A program made the position numbers and the translations under genes. A stretch of 64,000 nt of DNA from Lingula anatina (taxonomy: Eukaryota > Animalia > Brachiopoda): positions 2,519,721 to 2,583,720 of the forward strand of contig CM120648.1 of the NCBI GenBank assembly GCA_051362555.1, in the 5' to 3' direction. Shown one piece after another: positions 36,440 through 49,528 of the stretch. Within the stretch, counting starts at the first letter, position 1, and the number at the start of each line of letters is the position of its first letter. The notes below the pieces were generated by a model that worked only from the letters and a program-made list of their open reading frames with translations, made no database searches and had not been told where the DNA came from.

Positions 36440-39400
36440 TTTATATTCTGAAATATTTTGCAAATAGGTTATACAATATACAGGAATAACAATTATAACC
36501 AGTAAACTTCAACAACTTCACCATTGTCTGCGACCACGTACTGTCCATTGCCGCCACGACAGACCACCGTATACTAACCGTCCCTCCCTGATAAAAAGGA
36601 ACCATCGCTTAATAAAACTACTGTCAGATCAATTTTACTTGCAGCAAAACGGACTCTGGTTATTTCAGTTGACAAGCAGACTATTGTTAAGATTCCTCAT
36701 TGTATATCATTCTGCCACTTGCACTGAAGTGACAACGCCTTGCACGCTATCTAGAACGTACTACAAAGCATGCGTTTCTATTATACAAAATAAAAAGCCT
36801 ATCAAAACACTGTCCGCAAATTCTAATTCCTCATGAAAAATAAAACGCAATTGGGGCACGCGATGTTATCAGTTTTACCTCGGCTGTCTTTTATTGTAAT
36901 GTCACGGCGACAGATGAAGAGAGGACGCAATCACATGGCCTACCAGCGTCTGTGGAAGTGATCCATAATGCGAGAGGAAATAGGAACGTGTCCAAACCCA
37001 CTGCGTTTAATCTACCCAGATAAAGCACCTGGCCAGGAACAAACGTAAGGAATAACAATTTACGTGTTGCTGCTCCGTTAATCAAAAGAATTTTTAATCA
37101 AAATACGCTTATTTTTACCCCCCGGGGAGGGTAATGAGTACAGTCATGCAATACAGGACGGGACCACCCTATGAAGAGGACCGTAAGGACGTCAGTAAAT
37201 CGTCTCAGGGTGACACTTCATTTGTCGCGCGAATTAAGAACGGTTTTTAGCGCACGTCACTGCATCTGTTCAAACCCGCGTGCATGCTAGCGTGCATGTG
37301 AGGTAAATGGTAAATAGTTTTGTAAGGTGTGGTTCTTTATAATGGAAAGAAAAGCCGACAGCAAGACACTGGAGTGTGGCTTCTTTAACACCCTAGAGGT
37401 AAACATGTACTGTTAAATTACGGATGGAGTTCTGCCAACCTTTCGAATACCAATGAAATGTGATAAAGTGACATTGCATAGTCCAATCACAGTCCAACTT
37501 GCTTACTACCTGTATCTTCCATTCCATTAATTGAAGAAGACACCTTTTTCTGCGTAACCAACAGATGTGAGTGATGTGTAAAATTTTAAAGACTGCTATA
37601 AACGGAATTTCTCTTTGTTTCACTGTGGCAAAAATATCACAAGGGATTTGGTTATTTAGGCGCTGATGTCTGGGAATGATTTCCAAGTATATGCTTTAAA
37701 GAAGTTTACATTGAAATGAGATGTCGTTTATTCGGTGAAGAGCTAACCATTTACAGCTATAAACTGCACCAAAGGATCGCTGAAGATAACCGTGTTAGAT
37801 ATTGCCAAACTGGCAAATAAACGGCATAAAACAGAAAGTACAACCGGGTTTTTCTAGCTAAATTGACTGAATTTTTTTTATGTAAAATGCGTCATAATGG
37901 TATCCCTCGAGTATCAAATCTTAAAATAAACCATGTAACAACTAACTATCGGTTAATTTCCTTTGGTGTTCTTAATACAGTTTGCAATGGTTCCGGTGAC
38001 GTTTTGTCGATAAGTCTGACGCTTGATCGGAGGAATACTCCTGTTTCTCTCTGTCTTACAATTGAGAAAGCTTAACAGAATACGCCTTAATTGTCAGATT
38101 TGAAGTAGACAAAATGATGAAATAGATGTTATCTTCACAGAAAGTTCTATTCCCAACTAATCTCATCAAAAGAGGAACTCCCAAATCCACAATGAGATAA
38201 TGTTAAAGTGATTAGTGCACCCACACCCTAGCTCCTCTGGGACCCCAAAACAACGAAACATGTATTATGGATTACATTTGTCAGCCTAATAACAAATTAC
38301 CCAACCAATCTCCAGCTTTATTTTCAGTTATGCCGAATTGTTTAACAAACTGCTGCATTGTTGAAAACGATGGATTTCTGTTGGTCTAGAATAAAAAAAA
38401 GCCGTGTCTGAGAAAGACAAAACAAAACAAAACAGAAAAAAATGTAGAGTTAAAGTAAGTGACCAAATTAAGACTTATAACATTGTGTAAATATAGTTCA
38501 AGCCGACCGATATGCAAACTTTACCTATAGTTTCAAACTTTCTATTTATCTATAGATATAATTTAACAATTTTCCTTAGAAATTCTTTGACTCTTTTTAT
38601 TAAACTTATAATAAAATTAGATAAGAAGCATTTTTGTGAAGTGCAACATCCCATTTCAATGCGCAAACCTCAAAGTCTTTGCTAAGAACAATTTTTGTTG
38701 AATTTAGACTCTTATTGAACAGGCCCGTAGAATACAACAAAAATTGCTCTCATGTGTGAAAACTTTGCAGTCATACAACTGCACATGTGAGTGGGCGTAT
38801 GAGGCCATATCGCTATACTGGTAGATCCTGTGAAAATGTGAAATGGTCGCGCGTCACAGGGTCATGTGTTAAAGGGTCAACTCTCTCCTGCCGCTTAGGA
38901 GCATACAATCTTGCAATATGTCTAAACTACCACTGCAATGAAAAGTCGGCTTGTGGCACGTACCGGTAGGTCATTATCTATGTGAGCCCCTGACCCCGGG
39001 GTTGAACAAGTGCCCATCACTAATAAAGACATGACATAGTGCACCGCTCATGCTGAGGAATTCCTTGACTGAGAGCCGTCAAAACCTATGCCCTTCTTGT
39101 ACTTCAAACAAGATAAAAGTTACAGTTTTAAATGTTGAATCTTACATAAGTACCTTGCAGCCACCCATATTGCAAAATTTATAGGGACATTCACAGTGAA
39201 CTTAGTGTGATTTCATAGAATGCTATAATTGTAAAAAGGCCGTGGAACAAATTTTCTCCGACATTCATGATAAATTATACCAAAACCCCCGTTATGAGCC
39301 GACGTGAACACGATAAAATCGCAACATTTGGACAGTTTAAGAGGCAAAACGGTCATCGAGTAAATCATTCAGCGCAACGGAAATACACCATTAGGTATTA

Positions 39401-41936
39401 GTTTATATTCTGAATGTTAAAAAGCACTCTTCAAAAATGTACTGAAAATAAAACAAGGTCTTTGTACTGGTAATCCCTGCACTAGGTAATCCCTGACTGT
39501 ACTCGCTATCCTCACAGCGTCTGGAGAGGGATGAAGAAGTTCACACGCTTAAGAATACATAAATAAATAAGCTTGTCCACTTGTTTTCAAAACAATAAGC
39601 TTCTCCACTTGAAGTTCAGGTTATGGTTTGATATTCTATATTTTAATTCATTCAGAAGTCCATTAGGCGTTTCAATTGATTCCGGGTGGAAAAACCAATT
39701 ATTTCCCCGAGAACCTTGGGGTAAGCGATATGACACTGGAAACTGGGAGTCAAGAATGTCACCCGCGGAAATACCGTAAATGGAAAGTTAATTCAACGAC
39801 ATCGGCCATCAATTAAGGATAATTGGGTATTATATTTAAACTTCAGATTTTTTTCTTGATCTAGATATCAGACGGCAGCCCACACGTGACATATTATGAA
39901 GAGGTTTGCACTCATTAAGACGCGACCACTTTAGGCTCACTTAAGTCCACTTTTAGTCAAAAAGTGTCGTCTGCTTCACTCTTCAGATCTGTCGCGTCAA
40001 GAGTGTCAACTATTTTCTTTGACTCTTCAAGATAACTGTAGTCCCCGTCTAAGGACAACAGCGATGTTTTTATAAACAACAACTCACGCGCCACCCCGTG
40101 TAATGAAGCAGAAATTATTCTGCAGATGTTTTCTAAATCAGTTTTTTTTTCAGATTTCCTTATCTTTCCCCCGCGCTGTCAGAAATGGATAGTTAATGAT
40201 GATGCGTTATCTTAAACCTGGAATCTAGATACTATCAGTGATCGGATATCAATTACCGGGACGCGTACGCCAACATCAAAATCAGATCCACCCATGAAGA
40301 GCACCGTTACTGAACATCAGTTCTCACTAATACGCTGACCTACTAATATGATGGGGTTTTCTCTAAGATTACTTTTGAAATCCCAAGAGAGCTCGGGAAA
40401 ATAAGCTATCTTAGACTGTCTTACCGCAGTTTTCATTGCATTTGTTTTCCTGCTGCCGATTGTGGAAAGTAGTTTATAATGATTGAACAAAAAAGTTCAA
40501 GTTAAATTACATTTGCGTTCCAAAAGATAATTGGTACAATCATATTTTTTCTAAGGAATACCCTCTAAATGCGTACGTTAAAGTATTTTTTGCATGTCTC
40601 TATAAAAAACTGGTGTGTTAAGAGTACCATCGCTAACTTAACCAACCTATTATCAAAGTAGTGGGACAGGGAAGAAGTCCCCCCCCTCCCCCACCAACTG
40701 CGCTGTAGGGAATTCTTGACCACTCGACCCATGGTATATGATATACGGTATCATGGTGTCTCAATTAGATGTGAAGTGAAGTACATTACATCTAAAAATA
40801 TGACTTTCTGAGGACACAGCCGAGGAATTTGTTCAATTCTGTACACAATAGTACGACTGAGAGTTTTTTTAAAAAAAGTATTTTGACATAAATTTTTTTT
40901 CGAAATAAAGGTCACAATATTCCAGCGTAACAAAGTTCTCGTTAAAAATATTCGCTATCCCCTCCATAAACAGGCGCATTTCTTCATTTAAGATCCAGAT
41001 GCACTACATGTGCTACCTATAAATCTCGGGTCAAAGTTGACTACACATTTTGGTCTAAATTTAGAATTAAGACCAATTTTTGGTTTGAGGATTTTTGTGT
41101 CACCGGCCCCAGAACCTCTACCTACGGCATAGAGTCTAATAATATAAAAGTTGCGTAAAAATACCTAAGTTAAGAGATCTCCTGCGGCTAAGACGTGTTT
41201 ACATCACTTAATAAAAAGAAAGATAAAACAGTTGGGTCCAATTTAATTGAAAATTTGATCCAAGCAATTATAGAAAAGTTAAGTTGAAACGCGTTGAGGT
41301 CATATTTCCCATTTCTATAGCATCCTTAGTCAAGCAGAATCAAGTCACAAGGATTAGTGACACGGCGTCGTCGACCTTTCATGCAATAGAACGAAGCATA
41401 AGGAACAGTTACCGGAACACGGGTTATGAATTGTGGAATATTTACACTCAAATGACAAAATAATTTCAAAGTTTGATGGTACGCGAGTAGCTCATGTCAT
41501 GGCGGAACAAATACCACGCAATCTTGCTTATGTACAAATTAGAGCTATATACCTCACGAGATACGCTGTTCAACAAACAAGACGATTAAAATTGTCACGC
41601 AAGTAAATAGATTTACTACAGCAATGAGCCACAGAATTGAGCAGAACTAATCTGATAAAAAAATTCGATTTTGAGCAGAAATTTGACTCTTTCTGCTTTG
41701 AAATTAATTGAGTCACCCAACATGTGCTAACGCTGTACACGAGAAATTAATTGTTTAGCGTAACATCTGCTAACAACGTACACGAGAAAATCTTTAATAG
41801 TGCCCATTAAAAATGGACGAGTAGAGGAGGCATAGATATGCATTCAAATTCTTACTATCACGTTTTCTGGGACAAAATTCTCAGGTTAAAATATATCAGG
41901 AAATGGAATAGTAATGACAGCAAAGTAATCACCTAA

Positions 41937-42193
41937 GACTGGGTTCCCATACTTAGATCGATCTCACAGCATCAATACATCTCCAAGGGATTTCTCGAGA
42001 AATTGCTTTCAGCTTAAGCGACTGATATGTCAGGCTTACCAACTGTAGTTGCCTAATGATAATTAATTACCCCCTGGCAGCTTCAGTAGGCGTGACAGAC
42101 ATCTAAGCCGCTTAAGTTGATTACAATTTAGCGAGAGTGCCCTTGGAGATAGATCGATCCACAGTAAGTCCGATAGGGTCTGGGAATGGTCCT
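41937..42193 (+). mobile_element. PIF/Harbinger-type MITE, family A (diverged long variant)
   Basis: Ends GACTGGGTTCCC / GGGAATGGTCCT, TSD TAA; core TAATTACCCCCT..TAGGCGTGACAGACAT. Confidence 0.85.
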
Positions 42194-43104
42194 TAAGATA
42201 TTTGGAAACTCAGTGCAGGTGTGTCCCTCTTCCTTTTCTACCCTGTACAAGACTTGTTTTTTCATTCCTTTATTATCTGGAATCATGCATTACTGCACAC
42301 ACACCGAGAAAAAGATATGAATACAATAATTTACCCCTGTCAACATTATCGCGGGTATTATGTTACCACCTCAGAGAATACCGCAGACGGTGGTGATGTA
42401 ATAATGATTCCCACATTTTACGCCATTGCAGGTGCGTTCAAATTCATTTCCCGTATTGCGAAGAATGCCGACCTATTTTTCATTATAATCGTCTTGTTCT
42501 TGTTAATGTGCATTGTGTATGATGATTTTTGTTACGTTATAAAGAGGAGAAAAAAACGAATTGGCCAGCTCTCACGTACATGTAGGCTGCTACCTCACAC
42601 TTTTTGAATAACAGGATGGTAGAATCACCCACTGTCGTCCCAACACGAGCACAAACACACACACACACATACACACACACACAGATCTGGGGCACACAAA
42701 ATCATGCAATGCAAAAAAAAAAAAAAAAATTAATACAATAAATAAAAAGATTAAAAATCACCAGAGAGAGATGAGAGAAGCATTGAAACCCATTCAACCC
42801 TTGATATCCTGATAACCAAAAGTTTGGGTCTTCAAGTTGAGATCGAATATCAACATAAAGTTATTCCATGTATCTGTTCCCAGTGGTTCAGTACAAGACA
42901 TCAGTTTGAACTGACATTCATAAACTGAACTGCCATTTGTAGCCAAGGTCTTCTTCATAAAGCGTTAGAGCGTTAGCAAGATATATCGAGACCAATTTAT
43001 TGCTAAGCTATCGAAATGCACTCCCGTGTATTATATAATTGACGGCGCAGACGTTATAATAACGACAAGCAATAGGTTTTTATCAAATCACTTACTCTAA
43101 ATTA

Positions 43105-43305
43105 TACCGGATTTTTATGCAAAGGGTAATTTGTCCTGACCCACGAGAGCCGGCGTTCGCTTTTGTTTGCGGGACCAGCTGTTAGTTGTAGTGAACTGAT
43201 GTGCGTCATCTGGGATTCGAACTCATGACTTGCCTTTACCATGGTTTGCTGATGGTTTGGTAATTTTGTTACAACCAAGCACGCTACCGACAGCTCCGTG
43301 ACTGA
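43105..43305 (-). mobile_element. Possible tRNA-derived SINE head remnant
   Basis: Minus strand has GGAGCTGTCGGTAGCGTGCTTG (A-box-like) and GAGTTCGAATCCCA (B-box, 43211-43224); spacing is longer than in a tRNA and no cloverleaf is evident. Confidence 0.4.
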
Positions 43306-43573
43306 CCCTCCTACCTTCCTTAGGTACGAGCTTCCTCTTATAGTAATCAAATGTAATTTTTAGAAATTATTTCGAGCAAAAACATCACATTGTATATCAT
43401 AGAATTGGAACCTGCATTTAAGTGTCTAGCTGTCTCCAAGACGGCGGAGTTACCACGCAGCCACAGAAACTTCGTTGGGATGGTTAGGACCAAATGGAAA
43501 CCTTTTACTTTCTCACAGAGAGGGCCAGTTTGGCTGAACATGTATATATTTGACATAACAATCGATAACCCGA

Positions 43574-43717
43574 CAGCCCGTTCGAACGAACCGCCCTTTT
43601 TGCTTGGAAAAGGCTCCCTCTGGGTAAAATTTTATCTAGGTGTACGATGATTTCATGGTAAAAGGTTCACTTTTTCAGAAAAAGAATCCCCTTTTGAACT
43701 TGCTAGCTATGGACTTG
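43574..43717 (-). mobile_element. Diverged inverted copy of the 55233-55402 MITE
   Basis: CTCTGGGTAAAATTT..ATGGTAAAAGGTTCACTTTTTCAGAAAAAGAA..TTGCTAGCTATGGACTTG aligns to the reverse complement of 55233-55380. Confidence 0.78.
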
Positions 43718-43837
43718 GGTGGGTTAACAAGGTGGTAACAATATGGACTGTTTTAATCATCCTCTTATATTATGACTTATATTGTTATTACCGGGTGCTT
43801 CTACATGTAGCAGTGTTAAAATCAAATCAAAACTTCG

Positions 43838-44037
43838 GACCACGTGGCCTACAAAGATGGCTACCCTCTGTAATAATCTCTTTAGAGATTACTGCAAAAA
43901 AAGTATTTTTCAGAAAAGCAGGGACTAACTTTGAATGTCGGAACGGATTCATTTACCATTGGTTAGCATGGAAAAATTGTCGTTTACACTAGGAAAATCC
44001 TTTTCTTTTGGGGCCAAATTTAACGATTATAATCCCT
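43838..44037 (+). mobile_element. Older partial copy of the Kolobok-like family
   Basis: GACCACGTG..ATAATCTCTTTAGAGATTA..CAGGGACTAACTTTGAATGT..ATTCATTTACCATTGGTTAG..ATAATCCCT|TTAA matches the right 200 bp of 22325-22659. Confidence 0.8.
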
Positions 44038-44574
44038 TTAAACCAGTATAAATCAACCCAGTCTGAGTCGGTGTGATACAAATACGACAAATCACCACAT
44101 GCTGCATAAAATTGCAACGAAGTGGATGTTATATATTGAAATGTTTTATTTTGGTTCATGGTTCAAACTGAACGTTAATTTAGCAGCACTACATGCTAAA
44201 ATATTTATAGGCCTACATGTAGCAAATTATCTGGACGACATGTTGGTTGCGACGTGCTACATGCCTGCGCTACTGTATATTCTCGCACGAGAAGAGTTCA
44301 AGCCATTTTGACATCAGTTTTCATTATCGCCAGTTTTCGTATAAATATGGCCAAGTTAACGTTAATACTGAAACTTGAATGGTAAGTTGAAACTAATCGC
44401 AAACGACAAATGGAAGCAAAAAGATAAATCTGCAACTTTATATTATTAAAATTGATCAGTATATCGAATCCCAAACTCAAAATGTCACAAGAACATACTA
44501 AAAAGAAACATATCCCTCTTTAGATAGAAGTCCGTATCGAGAAAGGTCACATGCACGTTCGTTCCTTAAATTTT

Positions 44575-44646
44575 ATACACAGTTATATAGCTATAGAAAA
44601 TACACAGTTATGTAGCTATAGAAAATACACAGTTATGTAGCTACAG
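44575..44646 (+). repeat. Minisatellite, 25-bp unit x~3
   Basis: ATACACAGTTAT(A/G)TAGCTATAGAAA repeated. Confidence 0.9.
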
Positions 44647-45164
44647 CAGCGTACAATGAAGGATGCAGCATTATTTCAGTGTGACTATTAGACTACCTTT
44701 TTTAAAATGGGAGTACTACAAGGACAACGTTATTCCGTCAGACGCCCCTATTGAAAAGTATCATGTGGACTGTACGGAATCGTGCACGTAATGTAGACGC
44801 ACTCGGCGTAACCAGTAGGTCTTTATGATTTAAAAAAAAATCGCACAAACAATTTCATCGCACGGCGCCGTGAAAATGTAATTTAGGCTTAAGTTCAGTC
44901 CAAACTGAAGTTTCCATGGGTTTCTATCTTAAGTTTTCAGGAGTTTCCGTGCAGATCACATTTGTACATAGCTCTGTTACTGGCGTGAAATGATTGATGT
45001 TCCACCTTTATTACTACGTGAATGGAAGTGTATTGAACTGTCCATGGATTGCATGTTGTCTTAAAGCAATGGAACGCTCAAAATAATTGATGGCATACAG
45101 TATTTCAACAAACCTATCCAAACGAAACGTGATAAAAATAGTAAGAAAAAGCAAAAGGGCGTTG

Positions 45165-45400
45165 ACCGGAGCACGTGCATGCCAGAAATCCTATCGGAAG
45201 GTTTTCAGATGAAGGCAAAGGTAGCTCCAGTAATTTGAGAGAATCCAGTACATCTCTGAGCTCAAGTACAGTCAAGACGTGCTTACCGGGACAGAACGGG
45301 CTTGAAGTGCATGGAACGCGACACGTGACCAAACACCATGCGCATGCGCCGATCAGTGATTGGTTTTAAGTAAGCGCATCTCCCCGACGTGTCATTTTAG
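45165..45400 (+). promoter_or_regulatory. Candidate promoter/enhancer of GPCR paralog 2
   Basis: CpG-richer patch with E-boxes CACGTG (45172, 45322), NRF1-type TGCGCATGCGC (45339-45349) and reverse CCAAT (ATTGG, 45359), about 1.45 kb upstream of the ATG. Confidence 0.45.
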
Positions 45401-46818
45401 CGGCTGAATGCGCCGAGGTTGAAGGACAACACCGCAGTGCGTGATCAACGTAACCGATACTTGATTTCACAGCGAAGTATTCAGGATATTGATAATCGCA
45501 TACAAGATCAAATCAGAAAATGGATCATGACGGCGACCCTTGATTTTTTACAGCACGTCAAGCTCAATGTTGGTTTTACTAACAGATGCACGTCGAATTT
45601 CGTAGCAGTTGGCGTATATTTGACTTCCTGAATAAAACAAGGATGACAGCAAACAAGCATCATGGACAAGAAACAGCAATAAGAAAGCAAGGCTCATTGT
45701 CACCCAGTCAGATAAGATGAGGACTGGGAAGACTAGCAAACGTTAAGCCGCAAAACCAACTACTAGTGAATCAAGATCATTTTGTTTTGTTACGTGGGAG
45801 GACTTAAAATTTCATGAAACAATTGACATGGAAAATGACAATTTGTATGAATTAAAAACAACTGATGGTTTGCAGTATACAAAAATGTGTAAACTTTGAT
45901 GGAGTGCAACATTTTAGATAAAGCCTCTGAGGTCATACATGTACATACTGATGTACGTGCAAATGCCTGTCGTTGGTCATTTTGATTTCTCCCGCGATAC
46001 TGAGTAGCCTAGATGCATATTGTATTATTTAACCCAAAACCGGCGGTAATAATTAAGTGACAATGACAGTAAATAATTTTGATATTTTGATAAATAAACA
46101 GCTACGGTCATTTTGAAAACGCCTTCATCTCCGTAGCGATAACTCCTGTGACTAGTGAAGAAGTCATACGAAGAGGTCAGTAAACTTGATGTCGTGAACT
46201 CAGACCCTGTCTTATGACTGACTTCTGATATGTCAGTGTAAGTAGTAAAACACCATTTGACGACATTTCTAGCACGCACATACACCTGAGCTCTCGTTAC
46301 GAACATATTTACACTTAAGCCGTCAAAGAACGCATTGTTCAGTGGCGTGTAACCTCAGTCAGCGTGAGATTCGAGTAAATCTTGCTGCTGAAGGTACTGA
46401 AATACAAGGTCCCAGGAGCCCGCGCTCAGTGTCGCTGTCAAGTCAACATTGGAACGCACCAAAGGAGCCCGCTGCGATTATTATCTCACTGTATGCCAGT
46501 CTCGGTGTAAAACACGCCAGTCGAGTGACTTGCTCGCACTCAGGTTTTTAAGAAGATACCCGATAAAGATTGCTTTCTATTCACGGCAAAAACGGATTAT
46601 TGAACCAAAGCAGTACCAGTATATGCTATAATGTACATGCTAATGTGTTTACAATCTTGGTGAACGCATATATATGCATATATTTATATATATATATACG
46701 TATGGGAAGAAAGAGAATCGACGAAAAAGGAATATCTATTGTGATAGATACTTGCGTATTTTGATTTATTTGGACAACCAGTTCTACAATAAAACACCTG
46801 AGCAAATTGTGTTCAACC

Positions 46819-47146
46819 ATGGAGTCGATAAACCTCACAGACGCTCTACTGACCACTGGGATGTCCAATGGGACAGGAGGAGGGTCCGAGCGTCAAGCCA
46901 TGTCCTCACTACCACTGTATCTCCTCGTCTGGGTCTCGGTGTCCTACGCCATTATTTTCCTGGTCGGTGTTTTGGGCAATATTCTGGTGCTGGCCGTCAT
47001 TTGGGCTAACAAGGACATGCGGAAGTCCACGGATCTTATCCTGGCCAACCTGAGTACGGCGGACCTCCTGGTGCTGCTGATCTGTATGTCGGCGGCCATG
47101 ACGGAGTTTTACGGCAGGGAAGAGTGGCTGTTCGGGAACGCAGGAT
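46819..47146 (+). CDS. ETHR-like class A peptide GPCR, paralog 2, coding exon 1 (rest of gene not in window)
   Basis: AACC-ATG-G Kozak context. MESINLT...LPLYLLVWVSVSYAIIFLVGVLGNILVLAVIWANKDMRKSTDLILANLSTADLLVLLICM...EFYGREEWLFGNAG aligns colinearly with paralog 1. Ends GGA-T|GTAAGT (GT at 47147-47148); 328 nt = 109 codons + 1 nt. Confidence 0.92.
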
Positions 47147-49313
47147 GTAAGTTTACTGTTACCTGTATAAACGTGTGTGGTTTTCACCCTCTTATATTAG
47201 GGTCTCCTACAGGTATAACGTATACAAAATTACAGTGCCATTCAACATTTTTGTAACAGAACTCTCGCTCACTCTGTTTTTGCCTTGAGATCATGTTAAC
47301 TGGGGTGGGGTGGGGTGGGGGTGGGGGGGTAGGAATATAGGGGTGGGGATGGGACAGAAGGGAAGCTGGTGAGCATTACTATCGGATCTACTCTAGCTTG
47401 AGCTACGTACATAAAGGCAACGGTTGCTTATGAAATGGTGATTTTTCAACGTTCGTGTTTTCTTATGTTATGGCTGTGTAAAGGTAATGAAAGTGTTTTT
47501 ACATTGCATGATTCCGTATACCAATACTTGCGTGCCTGTTTAAATATGTGTGTGTGTGAGTTTATGTCGCTGTGTGTGGAGGGTTGGGGCACGCGCGAAA
47601 ATATAGTGTAATATGTGTGCAAGAGGATTCATATGTACACGTACATTTATATTTTGATTTTCAGATTCAGTCCCTACCTGGGTTTACAGACATATTTACT
47701 GAACGGCGCGAAAAGGATAAAAATCATTAAAGATAATAAATACATCTTAGCTACAGTAGTACTTCGTATTTCTAATCAAATGTAAAAAAAAGCATAGCAG
47801 CGTCCAACAATTAGATCTTTTTAGTTTTTCTTTGTTACGAAGAACTACCCTCCGTTTTACCTTTGATGTATTCCTTAAAAAACGAATCAAAAACTAAGAC
47901 TCAGTTGAGTGATTTGAACCAATTTACTGTCCTGTCAATCAAGGTCATATAACGAGTTCTTTTCGCAGTTGTCAAAATATTTTAGAAATCAAAGGGGCAA
48001 GAGCGCGCACGCGTCTGGCAAATTGGAGCGGCTGCTTGGGAATAAGGTTTTTAACACCGCTTTGCGCGAAAGATTAACTACATGTGTAGACAGCGTACGT
48101 TTCCCGGGTCGTTAGAACCCATTCTGTACCTTATGACGCTCCACCTGGTCTTATTATTTATCTTGGTAGTGTAATGTTGGTGAGAATTGCACAGAAAGCG
48201 ATGTTGGTCTGTTTAACCTAGCATCAGGTGATATTTATGCTTTTAATGATTCATAAGAACCGCCCTGGGTTAAAAAGAAAAGACAGTTAAGCACAGAAGC
48301 AATGGAAAGCTGTGGACATCGAAGTTGCATTCAATCTGACATTAACTTCCTATTATTTAGCCAGCGGAAGCTGCACAAGTGACAGAGAAAGCGCAGTGTC
48401 AATCAACTGATGATCATTTCTCTGCCCAAGCCTTTTAACGATCACTTTTAATCTATATCCGCATAACGTGAATTGTAAGAACTTTGGCAGTTTGAAGGTA
48501 TTGAGGTTAATCACCCCCCCCCCCCAACACACACACCCCTCCCCTTCTTTACACACAACAACGTTCTTCACACTCGTGCACGCATTCATTCAAGAAAACG
48601 CACGCACAAATACATGCGTAAATACAAATAAACACCCACATACACACACAAACATATACATACACGCAAGACCACAATAAGACTTATATCTATATAAAGG
48701 ATAGTAATATACCCCTACCATAATACAAAAATGACCCTTGACGGTCAAAACCGATTTATTCAGTCATTCTATCACAAACAGGGAGGTGATACAGAAAGGT
48801 TAACGAAGAATCGATAATCCGATTGCGAGGGGTCTCAGATTTGCAGAGTTTACACTGTTTAGGGTTGCTTCTGCTTTGAGGTTGCTTTGATTGAAAACAA
48901 AAACTTACTCGTTTCAAGTGACCGAGAAAAGAATACCACGCAATACTTGGTAGAGTAAAGCGACCCAAACGCGGTTGGTTCCCAAGTCACACCCATTTTA
49001 GACTATGTACTTCAATAGCGGCCAAACATGTAGTGAACGGCCAAGATGTGGCTGTCCCAAAAAAAAAAAAAATAAATAAATAAATAAATAAAATAAATAA
49101 TAATAATAATAATAATAATAATATATAAATAATCTTATTACTTTTCTCAGCATCACCAGTGTGGAACAGCCCGAGCAGGGTATTGGAAAACGGCCATTAT
49201 ACCGGTAGTACTTTAGACCGTCTCAATACGCATAATGTCGCCTTAAAGTGCAAAGGGATTCAATATGGCCGCTAGGAAAGTTAAGGCACCCAGCGGACCA
49301 AGGTATTGACATA

Positions 49314-49528
49314 GACTGCATTCCCATAGATTTAGATCGATCCATCTAGATCGACCTAACTCCCTGGGGGTTCACGCTAAATTGCTGTCGGCCGAGGGCG
49401 CACGGTAGTTAATTACCCCCTTACAGCTTTTAGTAGGCGGGACCGACATTTAAGCCGGCTAAGCTGACATTAATCCAGTGAGACTCCCTACAGGGATAGA
49501 TCGATCTAAAATCTGTGGGAATGGGGTC
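49314..49528 (+). mobile_element. PIF/Harbinger-type MITE, family A (215 bp)
   Basis: Ends GACTGCATTCCC / GGGAATGGGGTC, TSD ATA; near-identical to 2329-2543. Confidence 0.9.

Noticed and set aside
43200-43300. Possible tRNA gene
   Set aside because: A/B-box-like motifs only; no acceptor stem or cloverleaf, so treated as a SINE remnant.
46807-46818. ORF-track start MCST for paralog 2
   Set aside because: TTG start; the ATG at 46819 has a strong Kozak context.
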